A stretch of 60,499 nucleotides of DNA from NCBI GenBank assembly GCA_947626035.1, contig CANQQR010000001.1:79096-139594 (forward strand), written 5' to 3'. Made by a program: the position numbers and the translations under genes. Numbering within the stretch: the first letter of the stretch is position 1; every line of letters starts with the position of its first letter. Origin of the DNA: an uncultured Bacilli bacterium. Lineage in GTDB: Bacteria > Bacillota_I > Bacilli_A > RF39 > UBA660. Below the pieces are notes generated by a model. That model was not told where the DNA came from. It searched no databases and saw only the letters and a program-made list of their open reading frames with translations. Shown piece by piece: positions 41,801 through 50,765 of this stretch.

Positions 41801-44559
41801 GCCGCAGATTGTGCTCTTGCACCACCAGTAACAACAGCATCATATGCAAAATACTCTTCAATAATTTTTGCTATTTGCGCTTGAGTGAGCGTAAATTGTT
41901 GATTTTCAGCAGTTTGCGCCAAAACATGAGCAGTAGTCACACTAGTTACAGTTGCTTGTAAAGCTCTATATGTCCCCATTAATAAATTAGTTGTTCCAAA
42001 AGCTTCGTTTAATCGAGCAAAAGAACTAATTAGCATTGGAAAAGAAGTCCCAAAGAAAATTAAACTTTGAGTCATCTTATCTCCAAATGTAGCCTCTTCA
42101 TCTTTCCACGTGCTTAAAACATTTCTAAGAGAATTAAAAGCAAACCCAACCTGCCCCATAGTGCTAGCTAATTGGGTAAATTGTGTTACCGCAGCACGAA
42201 GATCCAAACCTTTAGTTAAATCTTCAAAGTTTTGTCTTGTTGCATATATTTTTTGCTCTAAGTTTTTAGTTGCGCCATCGGCCTCTTGTTCGATAACAGT
42301 GCGAGTTTTTTTAGCCTCTTCCTGAATCCGAACCCCTGTGGTTCTCATGATCTCTACTACTCTATTAGCAGCATTTCTCACATGAACATCTTCTACAACC
42401 ATTCTGTCAGCACTGGCACTAGAAGCCTCTCTTGCAGATTCATATTCTTTTAAGGCAGCAATTAAATCTTGTAATATTGGAGTTTGTTGTCCATATGTGG
42501 TAATCCAATCATTAGCTTTATTAATAGACTCTCCAATTTCAACATTTACATCTTCTAAAGCTTTTTTATATTGTTTCGCACTATTTGCTTGGCTACTTAA
42601 TCTTAAAGCTTCATCTGCAATTTCTCTGAAATTTCTAGCATTCTTTGAAACTTCATCGAACTCTTGCGATAAAGATGTTAATTCTGCTTTTACATCATCC
42701 GCCTGCTTAGGCCCAAACATATTACTAAAATTAAATTGAGGATCTACAAAATTTTGAACAAAATCTGTTGCAGCCTGTTTTGTAGCTTCCCATTCAGCCT
42801 TATTATTTTGTAATTCATGAGTTTGATTAATAATACTGTTTGCTATTTGATGCTCTTGTTCAGTTACTACTTTCCCATACGATAGTATTTGCTCTCGCAT
42901 TCCAATAAGTTCACGAGTATCGCTATCATTAATATTAAGACCATGAAACTGCTCAAGAATTTCCATTTGGGCTTGCAACTTCACTGCATTTTCTTGTAGT
43001 CCCCGCATATTAAGAATGCTTGTTGCTATTCCACTAGCAATTTGCCTAGAAAAAACTTGAGTTCCGATAGCTCCAAGACCTAATAAAACATTTTTTCCTC
43101 CACCAATAGTCTCTACAAAAGCATCCATACCCGCAACAAGATGAGTTAAAGCATCAACTACTCCATTTATATCATCTGCGTTAAACAAAGATGCGTATAA
43201 ATCTTCTGTTTCTGCTCTTAATTGTTTTAAATGCGCGGCAGTGCCTTCCATATAAATATCTTGCTGTTCTTGCAACGTACCCATAGCATTACGAGAAGTC
43301 TCTATTGCTTCACTGTACATATCCCAGTTGTCAAATAGAGCTAACATATTATTATACTGACGAGTACCTGCGATTGACTGAGAAAGGAAGATTTGCTGTT
43401 CTCGTGACATGGTATCCCATTTTTCACCAATCTCTTCAATGACGTCACCCATATCACGTAACTTATTATTTGCATCAAGAACATTAATACCCATTTGAGC
43501 CATTTGCTCAGTATAATTATCAAGCGTAGTTTCTTCATCTAATCCAGCTTGAATATCTGACATACGAGCATATACACTTCTTAATGCAACACCAACAGAT
43601 TCTGGTGCTTGACGAGTAACAGATACAATAGTAGCTAACTGAGCATTTAATTGATCAACATCGACGCCCATCAAGTTTGCGGCTGATGCTACACGGCTCA
43701 TGCCTGTACTTAATTCTTCTAGATCCGCAGCAGTGGAAGCAGCAACCGCGGCTAACTTATCGACATACAATTCAGCCTCATCGGCAGTAACCTTATAGCC
43801 ATTCCACACAGCAGTTAATTGCTCTGATACTTCAGCAGTACTTTGCTGAGTAACATTAGCAGCTTTTAAGGTTGTTTCAGTTCTTGCCTGAACATCTTCA
43901 TCACTTAAACCCTGTTGATAATAGATCAAAGAAGCGTTAGTATAATCAGTTGTATATGCAGCTAAAGATTTTGCAGCATTATTAGCCTGCAAAGCGAACT
44001 CTGCCATATCGTCCGCAGATTTACCGGTAACTATTCTAATATCATTTAGAGAATGATCTAAATCTTTTGCAAAACTGTAAGCCTGTTGAATAGAACCAGT
44101 AATAGAGTTAATAATACCTGCTGTTATATTCCATCTGATTGTGTTGGCCATTGTGGTGGCCATTTTATCTAATAAAACATTACTTTGTTTTAATTGTAAA
44201 TTTGTTGTTAAAATATCATTTGTAATATTTTTAAAAGCCCTTTGCCCTACCTGCCCAGCAGAGCTAAAGTCCTGATAAATTTTTTGTAAGTCTAATGATC
44301 TTAATTCTTGCTGAAATTGCGTTAAATTAACTGCACCTAAACTTGAATTAAAAGAACGAGTTAAAGCATTTCCCAACTCAGTAGCAGACATTCTCAATTG
44401 TTTTAATTGTCTGTTTGCTTCTTGTAAATTCATTCCGCTATTTAAATCCATTAAATCTTGAGTCGTAAAGCTTCTCAATTCATTTAATGAGCGCTTAATT
44501 TCATCTAGGCTAGTTTTATTCAACTGGTACCCAACCTGAAAAGTAATCTGGTTAGCCAT
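35869..44559 (-). CDS. Tape measure protein (~2,900 aa)
   Basis: TP901-type TMP core region, hydrophobic segments, long coiled coils, FDTGGYTG C-terminal motif. Likely start MANQI at 44559. Confidence 0.9.
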   Translation of the reverse strand: MANQITFQVGYQLNKTSLDEIKRSLNELRSFTTQDLMDLNSGMNLQEANRQLKQLRMSATELGNALTRSFNSSLGAVNLTQFQQELRSLDLQKIYQDFSSAGQVGQRAFKNITNDILTTNLQLKQSNVLLDKMATTMANTIRWNITAGIINSITGSIQQAYSFAKDLDHSLNDIRIVTGKSADDMAEFALQANNAAKSLAAYTTDYTNASLIYYQQGLSDEDVQARTETTLKAANVTQQSTAEVSEQLTAVWNGYKVTADEAELYVDKLAAVAASTAADLEELSTGMSRVASAANLMGVDVDQLNAQLATIVSVTRQAPESVGVALRSVYARMSDIQAGLDEETTLDNYTEQMAQMGINVLDANNKLRDMGDVIEEIGEKWDTMSREQQIFLSQSIAGTRQYNNMLALFDNWDMYSEAIETSRNAMGTLQEQQDIYMEGTAAHLKQLRAETEDLYASLFNADDINGVVDALTHLVAGMDAFVETIGGGKNVLLGLGAIGTQVFSRQIASGIATSILNMRGLQENAVKLQAQMEILEQFHGLNINDSDTRELIGMREQILSYGKVVTEQEHQIANSIINQTHELQNNKAEWEATKQAATDFVQNFVDPQFNFSNMFGPKQADDVKAELTSLSQEFDEVSKNARNFREIADEALRLSSQANSAKQYKKALEDVNVEIGESINKANDWITTYGQQTPILQDLIAALKEYESAREASSASADRMVVEDVHVRNAANRVVEIMRTTGVRIQEEAKKTRTVIEQEADGATKNLEQKIYATRQNFEDLTKGLDLRAAVTQFTQLASTMGQVGFAFNSLRNVLSTWKDEEATFGDKMTQSLIFFGTSFPMLISSFARLNEAFGTTNLLMGTYRALQATVTSVTTAHVLAQTAENQQFTLTQAQIAKIIEEYFAYDAVVTGGARAQSAANIENQIAIKLQGMLHMNLQQVNAQYKDQILSIVELIQAENIESDAKAKQIAMQEAFNKSLLGNPLIATIAAIGAVIGAMVLYTDHIKKVNEQLAKNAEATRDEAAQKYEEAESVQTLYEKYEQLYKAYKDTGSGKEELITATKELADALGEEIAQVDTLEESYNRVNEQIKRKRVEEAQKSLEASQTEIKSAEEALYYGGAQPAPSGSTFNLSFKAGLTTNDEKAILDVLNDALQPLLEQDIIGETNKIEIEDASVPTRSFDIYDIKTPEAFIKVYETINQAYSDMQDIDEETKNKSELYRESLNQWLKDNKQNYDAYLDAQEHLEQNMVNLAAAQTELLPDYDIATIDTLSEFEDYRDKFQEQLSDIMFEAPLDDLNTDQMDKLEKLTEDYFSSFDLSNLFEQEKNVADRIRDLLAQSGENITDIEQQISEWEQNNDLTLIATVDLSLEDNAGNKIQKSIADINNELDQARKNRISIVVETIAPQTSDIMAQIQSGDIDYTNLLDKDNEELKAYLDTLAMLKEDLQRLYSDEYPNISRAFNVVSSNWEVGTQDYIEALQEIQDAVNKLNFDRLAEEANKAVEKTEDELEKITTETGVISIRANPEQFINSVNDLLDAEYSIDIEVHSQAEREFDSLVAAMEDIEEKASLIGKNFVVAVDDIRELNNTFPGIIQGMKDLGDGTVQINKEIANSAIDAARTEVAADMHAAAEKLQAQATLLRAKQQSYLQMAEAARALAGVETNTEISSSEARAIISNELSNIKELNSKDTAQIEIDNQQATADNSDINAGIVADNWTKGFAAAAKASADFANAAADNMASVAAGGRAVNAGDFDVQYKGSAGKSGEAVAAERTDRALTSTYDTTRQEWAELADLYQNLADSVGAQANDIEGMITELGARGVDLEKKFTDISSGKGVGKKSGGGDKDPDFIDYLQDQAERYHDINLELEKLDEQLSRIQRDQDKLAGDDLLANLNDQLDVLEKQKAVYENKIRLEKDEANELRNVLSAQGATFDSEGYLTNYTNILQVKMDQVNNLIDLYNSLSADEQKTFKDVVERAKKDYETLKDNISRYDTIISKEIPELQDNIEEAFDRQIEINIQKFTAEIELRLDIAEAEKDFSEFRRKILREIADDDILGNATSDLEDYYAFLDTFNTGTGPIQALTTQVNKTIAEVQKLAEPGGVSDIYGKDAQQALEDLDNYYSELMSQLEDMKDLSDQIKESYLDMIDKAIDEFDKHVDQYDYINDLLNHDMNLIGLLYGDDAYADMDKYYRQIQENDNNELDFLRKRVDYAKQMTDLETDPEAREKWQEEWQDSLEQLNSKVEEAVENIIDKYSNIINMIFDKLNDKVTGGLGLDYVGEEWDLINANAERYLDNINAMQAVQELENKYLDALDSTDNLADQQKIRDVMGQQLDYLREKDKLTEYDVERANMIYELTLKQLALQNAQQSKTNLRLRRDSQGNYTYQYVSDEEEVAQKQQELQDAQNDLYNFDKNQYQQNLDDLYSIYEEFQDKLKELYLDPTLDPEERNKREALLAEQYGELINGIVTENAYIRNNLYDSAFADLALLYQTDVQNFKNMSQAEKDELMNSLIPQWDSGVQHMADTFAGEGGFIPTCSEAFSELVETTNNYQEDLSRLEDAADVTFSQLHTGITEGVQATRDLMSSNDALIKKYRDELIPAIQGVLGQLDDLETKYGAIKSAAEDAATAAYELAQAQREAAASADWDDGYSPSASSNIPANVLQNRTNTSGPGSNSSSSSGSESGFGGGGYSNSGSPSGANYLFTGASGKGYNLNDKKTFSLTPYYSGPYARYATFEGQVGGQVEIVGYNKSAAEDYPVHVRWGTTKKKFGWLPLTAFDTGGYTGNWAGSGGKAAILHEKELVLNQTDTQNILSAVGIVRHMDDLINNLNTATNAHMANLTSGIGFTRFTATPNTAGALDQNVHIEANFPGVRDAREIEEALNNLVNAASMHAFSNRR

Positions 44560-44654
44560 ATCTATCCTTGTACCTCCTTGACAAAATAAAAATAATGCCT
44601 CTACTACCATATTATGATAATAGAAGCATTAATATTAATTTATTTTGACCTTAT

Positions 44655-45233
44655 TTACTTTCCGTCACCTTCAAGAGCATCCGCGGCTAAGGCACGCCTA
44701 CCGATTGGCCTATTTCCATTCGCGGCTTCCGCGAATTTAATAACTTCCTGGTACTTTTCAGGATTGAAGTTATCCACAATTTGTCTAGCGGCTTCCGCGT
44801 TCTTTGGTAGGTCAGTAATTAAACTTTGTAGCACAGCCGCGGCGCTGTTACGATACTTCATGTTATCCTTAACTAAAGAATTAATATAGACATTTAAAGT
44901 ATTATACTCATCATCATCCATATTAGCTAAGAAAACATTCATAAATCCGCTTTGTACAAGCTTGTCATATAACACTTCTTCAACCTCTCTATCTTCATCA
45001 GTGAACTGAATGTCTGTGTACATATACACCAGATGAAGGTGAAAATACATATCAATCTTTAATGGATTATATAATCCGTCTTCCTTTGCTTTCTGTAAAG
45101 TAATCATTACAAGATCATACTTATCTCTTGTAGGTAAGTATTGCTTAACTTGCACTTTCTGATTATTAAAATCAAAAGTTTTTACTTTATCTTTAATGGC
45201 AGTATTTAGTTGCAGATCATTAAAATTAACCAT
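44655..45233 (-). CDS. Probable tail assembly chaperone
   Basis: Directly upstream of TMP; likely start MVNFN at 45233. Confidence 0.55.
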   Translation of the reverse strand: MVNFNDLQLNTAIKDKVKTFDFNNQKVQVKQYLPTRDKYDLVMITLQKAKEDGLYNPLKIDMYFHLHLVYMYTDIQFTDEDREVEEVLYDKLVQSGFMNVFLANMDDDEYNTLNVYINSLVKDNMKYRNSAAAVLQSLITDLPKNAEAARQIVDNFNPEKYQEVIKFAEAANGNRPIGRRALAADALEGDGK

Positions 45234-45270
45234 ACCTTTTCTCCTTTTGTTTTTTCTCAACTCTATTTAT

Positions 45271-45299
45271 ATTATATCACAAAATTTTCTATTTGTCAA
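45271..45299 (-). promoter_or_regulatory. Sigma-A/70 promoter
   Basis: TTGACA-N17-TATAAT with TG on the minus strand. Confidence 0.8.
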
Positions 45300-46768
45300 G
45301 GTGAGAAGCTCTTAAGGCCAGCCGCGTATCGCATTAATGCTCCAGTTTGCATCTTCAAATCTATTTTTATTGATTGCAGATTTCTTAATAATGTCAAAAT
45401 ACGCGCATTTGGCCCATTATCGTCATATTCCTGTTCTATTGTAAAATCAGCTGATAATAGTTTAGATACATATATATTTTTACTACTAATGCCATTTTCA
45501 TCACCTACAATAGCTTTTTGTATGTAGTAAATCAAAGCTTTTATATTATATACAGAAATCTTTTTCTCTATTGCATTGTTAATAATTAATAATTCAGCTT
45601 TATTGTTTACATCGAATCCTTCCATTCCAAGTCTTATCATCAAAGCGTTCATAAGTTGATTAGCTTGTTTAAGTCTACTACTATCAGAAGTTTTATTATC
45701 AGTTGAAGTTATTACATTAAGATAATGTGTGCCAAAATCATAGTCATTAGATAGCGCCAGCATACGATATAAATTAGAATTTTGAACAAGATGGATTGAA
45801 TCTGACAATGTAGTAATATTTTTAGCAGAGACATTTTTTGTCTTAATAGAATTATCTAATTGATCTTGATAAGTAATAACAACGTCTGTCTTATCTCTAA
45901 CAGTAGTTACTTTCATTTTAAAATTTTTTTCATTAATAATATCTATTGGTCTAGTCGCTGTATATGCGGATTTAGTTATATCGGGAATAGAAAGCTGCGT
46001 TCTATTTGTACCTTGAACATTAGTTTCAGTCAATTTTTGCATAGCTTTAACCAATTCTTCTTCAGCTAATGTAGAACCCTGCAATTCAATATAAGGCAAT
46101 AACCACTCAAACACATCTCCACTCTCATTTGTAAGTAACGGAGTTCTATTCCATAAACTAATTATCTCTTTAAGCGTTTGCACGTCTACCGAGTTAGCAG
46201 GTAATTCTCTTGCGCCACTTTCATTTGCTAATTTTTTTATAATTTCCTGAACTCGCGCCTGAGCTGTCTCTAATTCTCCTTTTGCTTCTGGTACACTCTT
46301 AAAAGCATCCTGATTTAATAATTCTTCTATTTCTTTTGCTTTCGTCAATAGATCTTCAGCTTTTAAACTCTGTATTCCTTCTATTGTTTTATAGCTAGTT
46401 TTCGCATCTTTAATCGCGGCAATCATATTTTCATATAAAGCATTAGTTTCAATAGACAAATTACTAGGATTGAATGTTCCCGCAATTAAACCAAATTCCT
46501 TTTCTAACTTTTGGTTAACAGCTTTCTCAAAAGCTGCTCTAAATCTATTAGTTTGAAAAGTATTAGCCTTGGGATAAAATAATTCATTATATTGTTCTTC
46601 TAATTGCTTTGCTTCGGCCATCATAGCTTGATAACTTGTTTCTTGTCCAACTCTACTTTTAACTCTACTATAAACACTACCCCATTTTTCTCCATTGCCA
46701 TCTCTAGTAATTCCATGAACATCATAATTTTCTTTATGTAAATGGACATAGTTACCTAATGCGCTCAT
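45296..46768 (-). CDS. Hypothetical protein, coiled coil plus possible PD-(D/E)xK-like domain
   Basis: GDVFE...KTDV...VSAK pattern. Confidence 0.5.
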   Translation of the reverse strand: MSALGNYVHLHKENYDVHGITRDGNGEKWGSVYSRVKSRVGQETSYQAMMAEAKQLEEQYNELFYPKANTFQTNRFRAAFEKAVNQKLEKEFGLIAGTFNPSNLSIETNALYENMIAAIKDAKTSYKTIEGIQSLKAEDLLTKAKEIEELLNQDAFKSVPEAKGELETAQARVQEIIKKLANESGARELPANSVDVQTLKEIISLWNRTPLLTNESGDVFEWLLPYIELQGSTLAEEELVKAMQKLTETNVQGTNRTQLSIPDITKSAYTATRPIDIINEKNFKMKVTTVRDKTDVVITYQDQLDNSIKTKNVSAKNITTLSDSIHLVQNSNLYRMLALSNDYDFGTHYLNVITSTDNKTSDSSRLKQANQLMNALMIRLGMEGFDVNNKAELLIINNAIEKKISVYNIKALIYYIQKAIVGDENGISSKNIYVSKLLSADFTIEQEYDDNGPNARILTLLRNLQSIKIDLKMQTGALMRYAAGLKSFSP

Positions 46769-46787
46769 AATTTATCCCTCCATAAAA

Positions 46788-46819
46788 ACAAAAAAAGGGA
46801 GGACATATGTCCTCCCTTT
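46788..46819 (-). terminator. Terminator after tail tube gene
   Basis: AAAGGGAGGACAT/ATGTCCTCCCTTT palindrome plus T-run. Confidence 0.75.
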
Positions 46820-46823
46820 ATTC

Positions 46824-47954
46824 TCACTGTGCCTTTGGTTTTGTATCGCCATAAGTAATATTGTCAAAATGTAACTCAGACTCCGCAATAACCTTTTTCT
46901 CTTTATCTTTAACAGTAATTCTTAAATCTGTAATTACAGAGGTTCCGCTATCTTCAGCAATGCGAGCTACGATAGTTTCATCATATGGAACTATTTTTTC
47001 GTTGCTATACTCGCCCTCACCATTTTTCTTAGCTAGTGTCATTTCGTCTCCGCCAGGAACATTAATCTGGGTTGGGAAGAAATAACCTGTATTTGGACCA
47101 CTTGCACTGAAATCAGTCCAAGCCTCGTCTATTTTATATAGCTCTGCGGTAACGCTACCATTATCAGAAATTGTTGCGCTCTTCACAAGATCTCCGGCAG
47201 TCTTATTACCTAACTCTAAAGATGCTTCAGCATCCATTACCTGGAATGGAGAAACACTATCTTCAGCGGCCTCTGGTAGAGACTCAGCATCGTCATGCGG
47301 GAATACAGGTAGAATGTTAGTATTAGCAGCATGCGGGTCATTAATAATCTGCATAGCGCAAAGTACTTTACGTCTTGGTTCAAAATATGTATATCCTGGG
47401 AAAGCGTCCATTGTGAAGCTGAACGTTGAAGGATCACCAGTTGAAGCCATTGAGAATGTGAAGTTAGACTGAATCTTAACGTTTGGGAATGTCAGCTCAG
47501 CAGGCATATCGAAACCATCGTTCTGGCGTCTGAACAGCGTGCTAGCTTCAACATAGTAGTAACCACCAAAGTTCTCGGCATCAATCTGTAACTCATCAAC
47601 AACAGTAGAATCCTTAACTACATAGTAGTCAACAAAGTAAGTCTTGCTGGCAGGAATAGTACCAATCAGCTTTTTACCACTCTGGTCTACAGTTAAGTTC
47701 TCTAACATATCACCAGTAATAGAACCATCGGCCTCAGCCTCAACGACGAATACAGGAGCAGTCGCACAGACTTTCTCATCTTCGTTCAGCGCATCAGTTA
47801 AGTCAATCTCATTAGAGCTACTATAGGCCTGGCTTGTTCTGTGAACGTGAACCTGTCTATTAGCATATTCGCCCTGGAATAAGCCAGCACCAGATAGAAT
47901 AGCGAATCCCATAGGAGATAATAGAGCATCTTCAACAGTGAATGTTAATGTTTT
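46824..47954 (-). CDS. Major tail (tube) protein, exon 2
   Basis: KTLTFTVEDALLSP...FSMASTGDPSTFSFTMDA, plus an extra C-terminal domain; continues exon 1. Confidence 0.8.
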   Translation of the reverse strand, partial: KTLTFTVEDALLSPMGFAILSGAGLFQGEYANRQVHVHRTSQAYSSSNEIDLTDALNEDEKVCATAPVFVVEAEADGSITGDMLENLTVDQSGKKLIGTIPASKTYFVDYYVVKDSTVVDELQIDAENFGGYYYVEASTLFRRQNDGFDMPAELTFPNVKIQSNFTFSMASTGDPSTFSFTMDAFPGYTYFEPRRKVLCAMQIINDPHAANTNILPVFPHDDAESLPEAAEDSVSPFQVMDAEASLELGNKTAGDLVKSATISDNGSVTAELYKIDEAWTDFSASGPNTGYFFPTQINVPGGDEMTLAKKNGEGEYSNEKIVPYDETIVARIAEDSGTSVITDLRITVKDKEKKVIAESELHFDNITYGDTKPKAQ

Positions 47955-49182
47955 CAAGTGTTCAAGGTCTTTTAACCTTGCTTAGACTATATCTTTATGC
48001 CAGACAAGCGTGGATTTTATATCGTCTGGTCATACTCTTCACAGTTTCCATAAAGGAACACTTAGTCGTTGAAGTTTTTAATTATAATTTGCCAGAAATC
48101 TGAAGTAACTAAGAAAGTTTCTATATCATTAAAATATTGATAAGGAATTACTAAAAAAGGTATCTTATTATCTTCAGAAAATTTTCTTTTTATGTAATCA
48201 TGTTTTTGCTGTGTTAAAAGTCTTTCGGGAGTGTCCCATCCTGTGCCTGATGTAGAATAATGTAAAGAGCCATTGTTTTCTATTAATCCAATTAATTCCT
48301 CTTGCTGATTAAATAAAGCAAAATCAAAAGGAAGTGGTTGTTTATCTCTACAGTCATCAAATTTATATTCTCTTTTAAAAGGAATATTATATTTTGCAAG
48401 TATTTTAGCCATCAACTCATTGGCTTTAGAATTTAGACAACCACATGAAGATGTTGTACCAAAAAATAAATTCTTTCCTAATACATCCACTTTATTTCCA
48501 CAATCACAGTCGCATTTATACCAATAGTTTCCATTCTTTAAGTAACAATCTGTAATTGTAAGATAACCATACTTTTCACCAATATGGCTTTGCGCGTTTT
48601 CTAAATTCTTTTGTTTTGTTCGTTCTGATTTTAAACAACCGCAACTCAAAGTCCTACCTGTTGTCAGTGAACCGCCAAATACACTTTTAATAGTTCCGCA
48701 ATCACACTTACAAATATAATATCTTGGTCTGGATAAATCTTTCTTTAACACTGTCCATCGACCAAACTTACTTCCGATAATTTGAGAAGCGCATTCTTTA
48801 CTACATGCTTTTGAAGTACCATTTATTAAAGAAGTACCTCGAACAGATCTTTCATTACCACAAACATCACACTTACATAAAAAATATTTAATTCTATGTT
48901 CATTGGTGTGGTCATATTTTATAACCTCCCAATGATTAAATTTCATACCTGGCTTAATCTCACTTGGAGTCATATTTTAGTCTCCTTTTTCTAGTGTTTA
49001 ATAATTAACTTACCTGCGGATTATCCAATCTTTAACCTTTTTACCATATCTTTGTGATTAGCAAAGCCCTTATTCACATCACTGCAATAAGTTGGTAGTT
49101 AAAGCTCTAAGGAGATCCCCGCAATTCAAAGAGTTGTTTTAGAAGGCAACAACATTAACCTGGACTTTAGGTATTATTAGTC
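47955..49182 (-). mobile_element. Group I intron in tail tube gene
   Basis: Minus strand: GAATTGCGGGGA (P), AATCCGCAG (Q), CAACGACTA (R), AAGATATAGTC (S), P9 hairpin, terminal G at 47955. The 5' boundary is uncertain by +/-3 nt. Confidence 0.85.
48062..48973 (-). CDS. Intron-encoded endonuclease (zinc-ribbon repeats plus Vsr/DUF559-like domain)
   Basis: CKCDCG...SCGC repeats; PFDF...IENNGSLH; stop codon overlaps the intron R element. Confidence 0.8.
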   Translation of the reverse strand: MTPSEIKPGMKFNHWEVIKYDHTNEHRIKYFLCKCDVCGNERSVRGTSLINGTSKACSKECASQIIGSKFGRWTVLKKDLSRPRYYICKCDCGTIKSVFGGSLTTGRTLSCGCLKSERTKQKNLENAQSHIGEKYGYLTITDCYLKNGNYWYKCDCDCGNKVDVLGKNLFFGTTSSCGCLNSKANELMAKILAKYNIPFKREYKFDDCRDKQPLPFDFALFNQQEELIGLIENNGSLHYSTSGTGWDTPERLLTQQKHDYIKRKFSEDNKIPFLVIPYQYFNDIETFLVTSDFWQIIIKNFND

Positions 49183-49383
49183 TTCGCCTTCCCACGCTAC
49201 TAATCGAGTATTACCCTTGCCACCAGTAGCATAAACTGTGGTGGCTGCACCTTCCATAGTAGAGGTCTTAGCTGAATCGATGTAGAGAACAGGTTGGCCC
49301 TTTTTGAACCACTTCTCGCCGATCTTTGTGTCTGCTTTTGCCTTAAACACAACGTCGCAAATTTCGCGTACACCAAATTTCAT
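49183..49383 (-). CDS. Major tail (tube) protein, exon 1
   Basis: MKFGVREICDVVFKAK...GGKGNTRLVAWEGE with strong RBS. Confidence 0.8.
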
Positions 49384-49419
49384 TTAAATTTTCCTCCTTA
49401 TTTAATTTATCATTAAAAC

Positions 49420-50157
49420 TTAGTGGATTTCTTTCATCCAATGTTCTACCTCTTCGACATCTTTAGCACCCGCTAATTTAAGTTGTATATAAGTGTCAAA
49501 ATCTTCTTTAAGATTAAAACGCTCAAACTCATCGAATAATTGGTAGACTGTATATTGCAAAAGAGAGTTCATATCTTTGGACTCTCCTACTGCTAGTATT
49601 GAAACATAACGACTAAAAATAGCAACTTTATCTATACTCTGACCACGTGCAGCTGCCGCTTTTTGGCGTCCACGTTGCAGCTTCTCCGCGATTTCTCTAG
49701 CCTTATCACCTTTTGGATTATAATCTTGCGCGGCTTTTGCTTTCTTTAAACAAAAAATACTCACAAGTATATCTTTAAATTCTTCAAAGTTTATGGTATT
49801 GATAGTATGTGGAGGTTCGCCATCTTTTATTAGCAAAATACAACTATCTTTTATAGAAATCTTATATTCTGGAAACAATAGAGTCAAAACTTGCATTACA
49901 TTGATACGAGTTTGTTTCAAATTACTATTTTTGTCATTCATTATTGACATAAATACTTCAAAATTGCTTTTATTCTCTAAATTAATTTTGTCCTCGTTAT
50001 TTAAAATATCTTTTGAAAAATTTAATAACTCACAACCAGAGAATAAAGCCTCTTCACCTATATAGGAAATCTCTTTGATTGTAGGCTGATGAATGATAAC
50101 TTGGGCGTCTACAAAAGGAATGTCACTGCCTGATATTAACAATAAGTCATTGTTCAT
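49420..50157 (-). CDS. Conserved virion-module protein
   Basis: Position in the neck/tail operon; start approximate. Confidence 0.55.
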   Translation of the reverse strand: MNNDLLLISGSDIPFVDAQVIIHQPTIKEISYIGEEALFSGCELLNFSKDILNNEDKINLENKSNFEVFMSIMNDKNSNLKQTRINVMQVLTLLFPEYKISIKDSCILLIKDGEPPHTINTINFEEFKDILVSIFCLKKAKAAQDYNPKGDKAREIAEKLQRGRQKAAAARGQSIDKVAIFSRYVSILAVGESKDMNSLLQYTVYQLFDEFERFNLKEDFDTYIQLKLAGAKDVEEVEHWMKEIH

Positions 50158-50746
50158 CTTCATCAACGTCCTTGAAAGGAATTTGATCATCGCTACCATG
50201 AATAGCTTTGTAAATCATAGTATATCCAGCCAAATCTTCACTTAAAATCAATTCATTACATCCTGCAAACTGAAACGTTCCTATACCAGTTAATTTAGTT
50301 TTATCTAATAAACCATCAATATAACCAGCTATCTTAAGCGGTCGCACCCTATAGTTACCTAAATCCCAGCAATCTGTATGACAAACGATATCAAAAGTAA
50401 CTAAACAATCCCTGAATTGAGGATTTGTTGGATTAGGTGTAAAATTATCAAAAGTAAGAATGATGTAAGCCTTAACCTCTTCATGCTCAGGCAATCTAAT
50501 CTTTGGCGCGAGTCTAATGTAGCCATATTTTTGCATATCTGCAACGCTCATATTAATGCTATTATTATATATTTCACTTGTTTTGTTATCTAAGCAATCT
50601 GGAGTATTTACAATAAGCAGCCGCTTCAATTGATTACTGTAAGGCTGGCTTTCAACAAACAATCTATTATAAATTAACTCAGCATCCTTCTCACAAGAGA
50701 GAAAAGAGGAAGTTAATGGTTTTGTTAATCTTAGATCTCGTTTCAT
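50147..50746 (-). CDS. Putative tail terminator/completion protein
   Basis: TFDIVCH...W...RPLKI pattern; position. Confidence 0.5.
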   Translation of the reverse strand: MKRDLRLTKPLTSSFLSCEKDAELIYNRLFVESQPYSNQLKRLLIVNTPDCLDNKTSEIYNNSINMSVADMQKYGYIRLAPKIRLPEHEEVKAYIILTFDNFTPNPTNPQFRDCLVTFDIVCHTDCWDLGNYRVRPLKIAGYIDGLLDKTKLTGIGTFQFAGCNELILSEDLAGYTMIYKAIHGSDDQIPFKDVDEDEQ

Positions 50747-50765
50747 ATAAACTCCTTTTATCTCC

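Noticed and set aside
44611-44700. Programmed frameshift in the tail chaperone gene
   Set aside because: No clear slippery heptamer and no downstream alternative ORF before the TMP.
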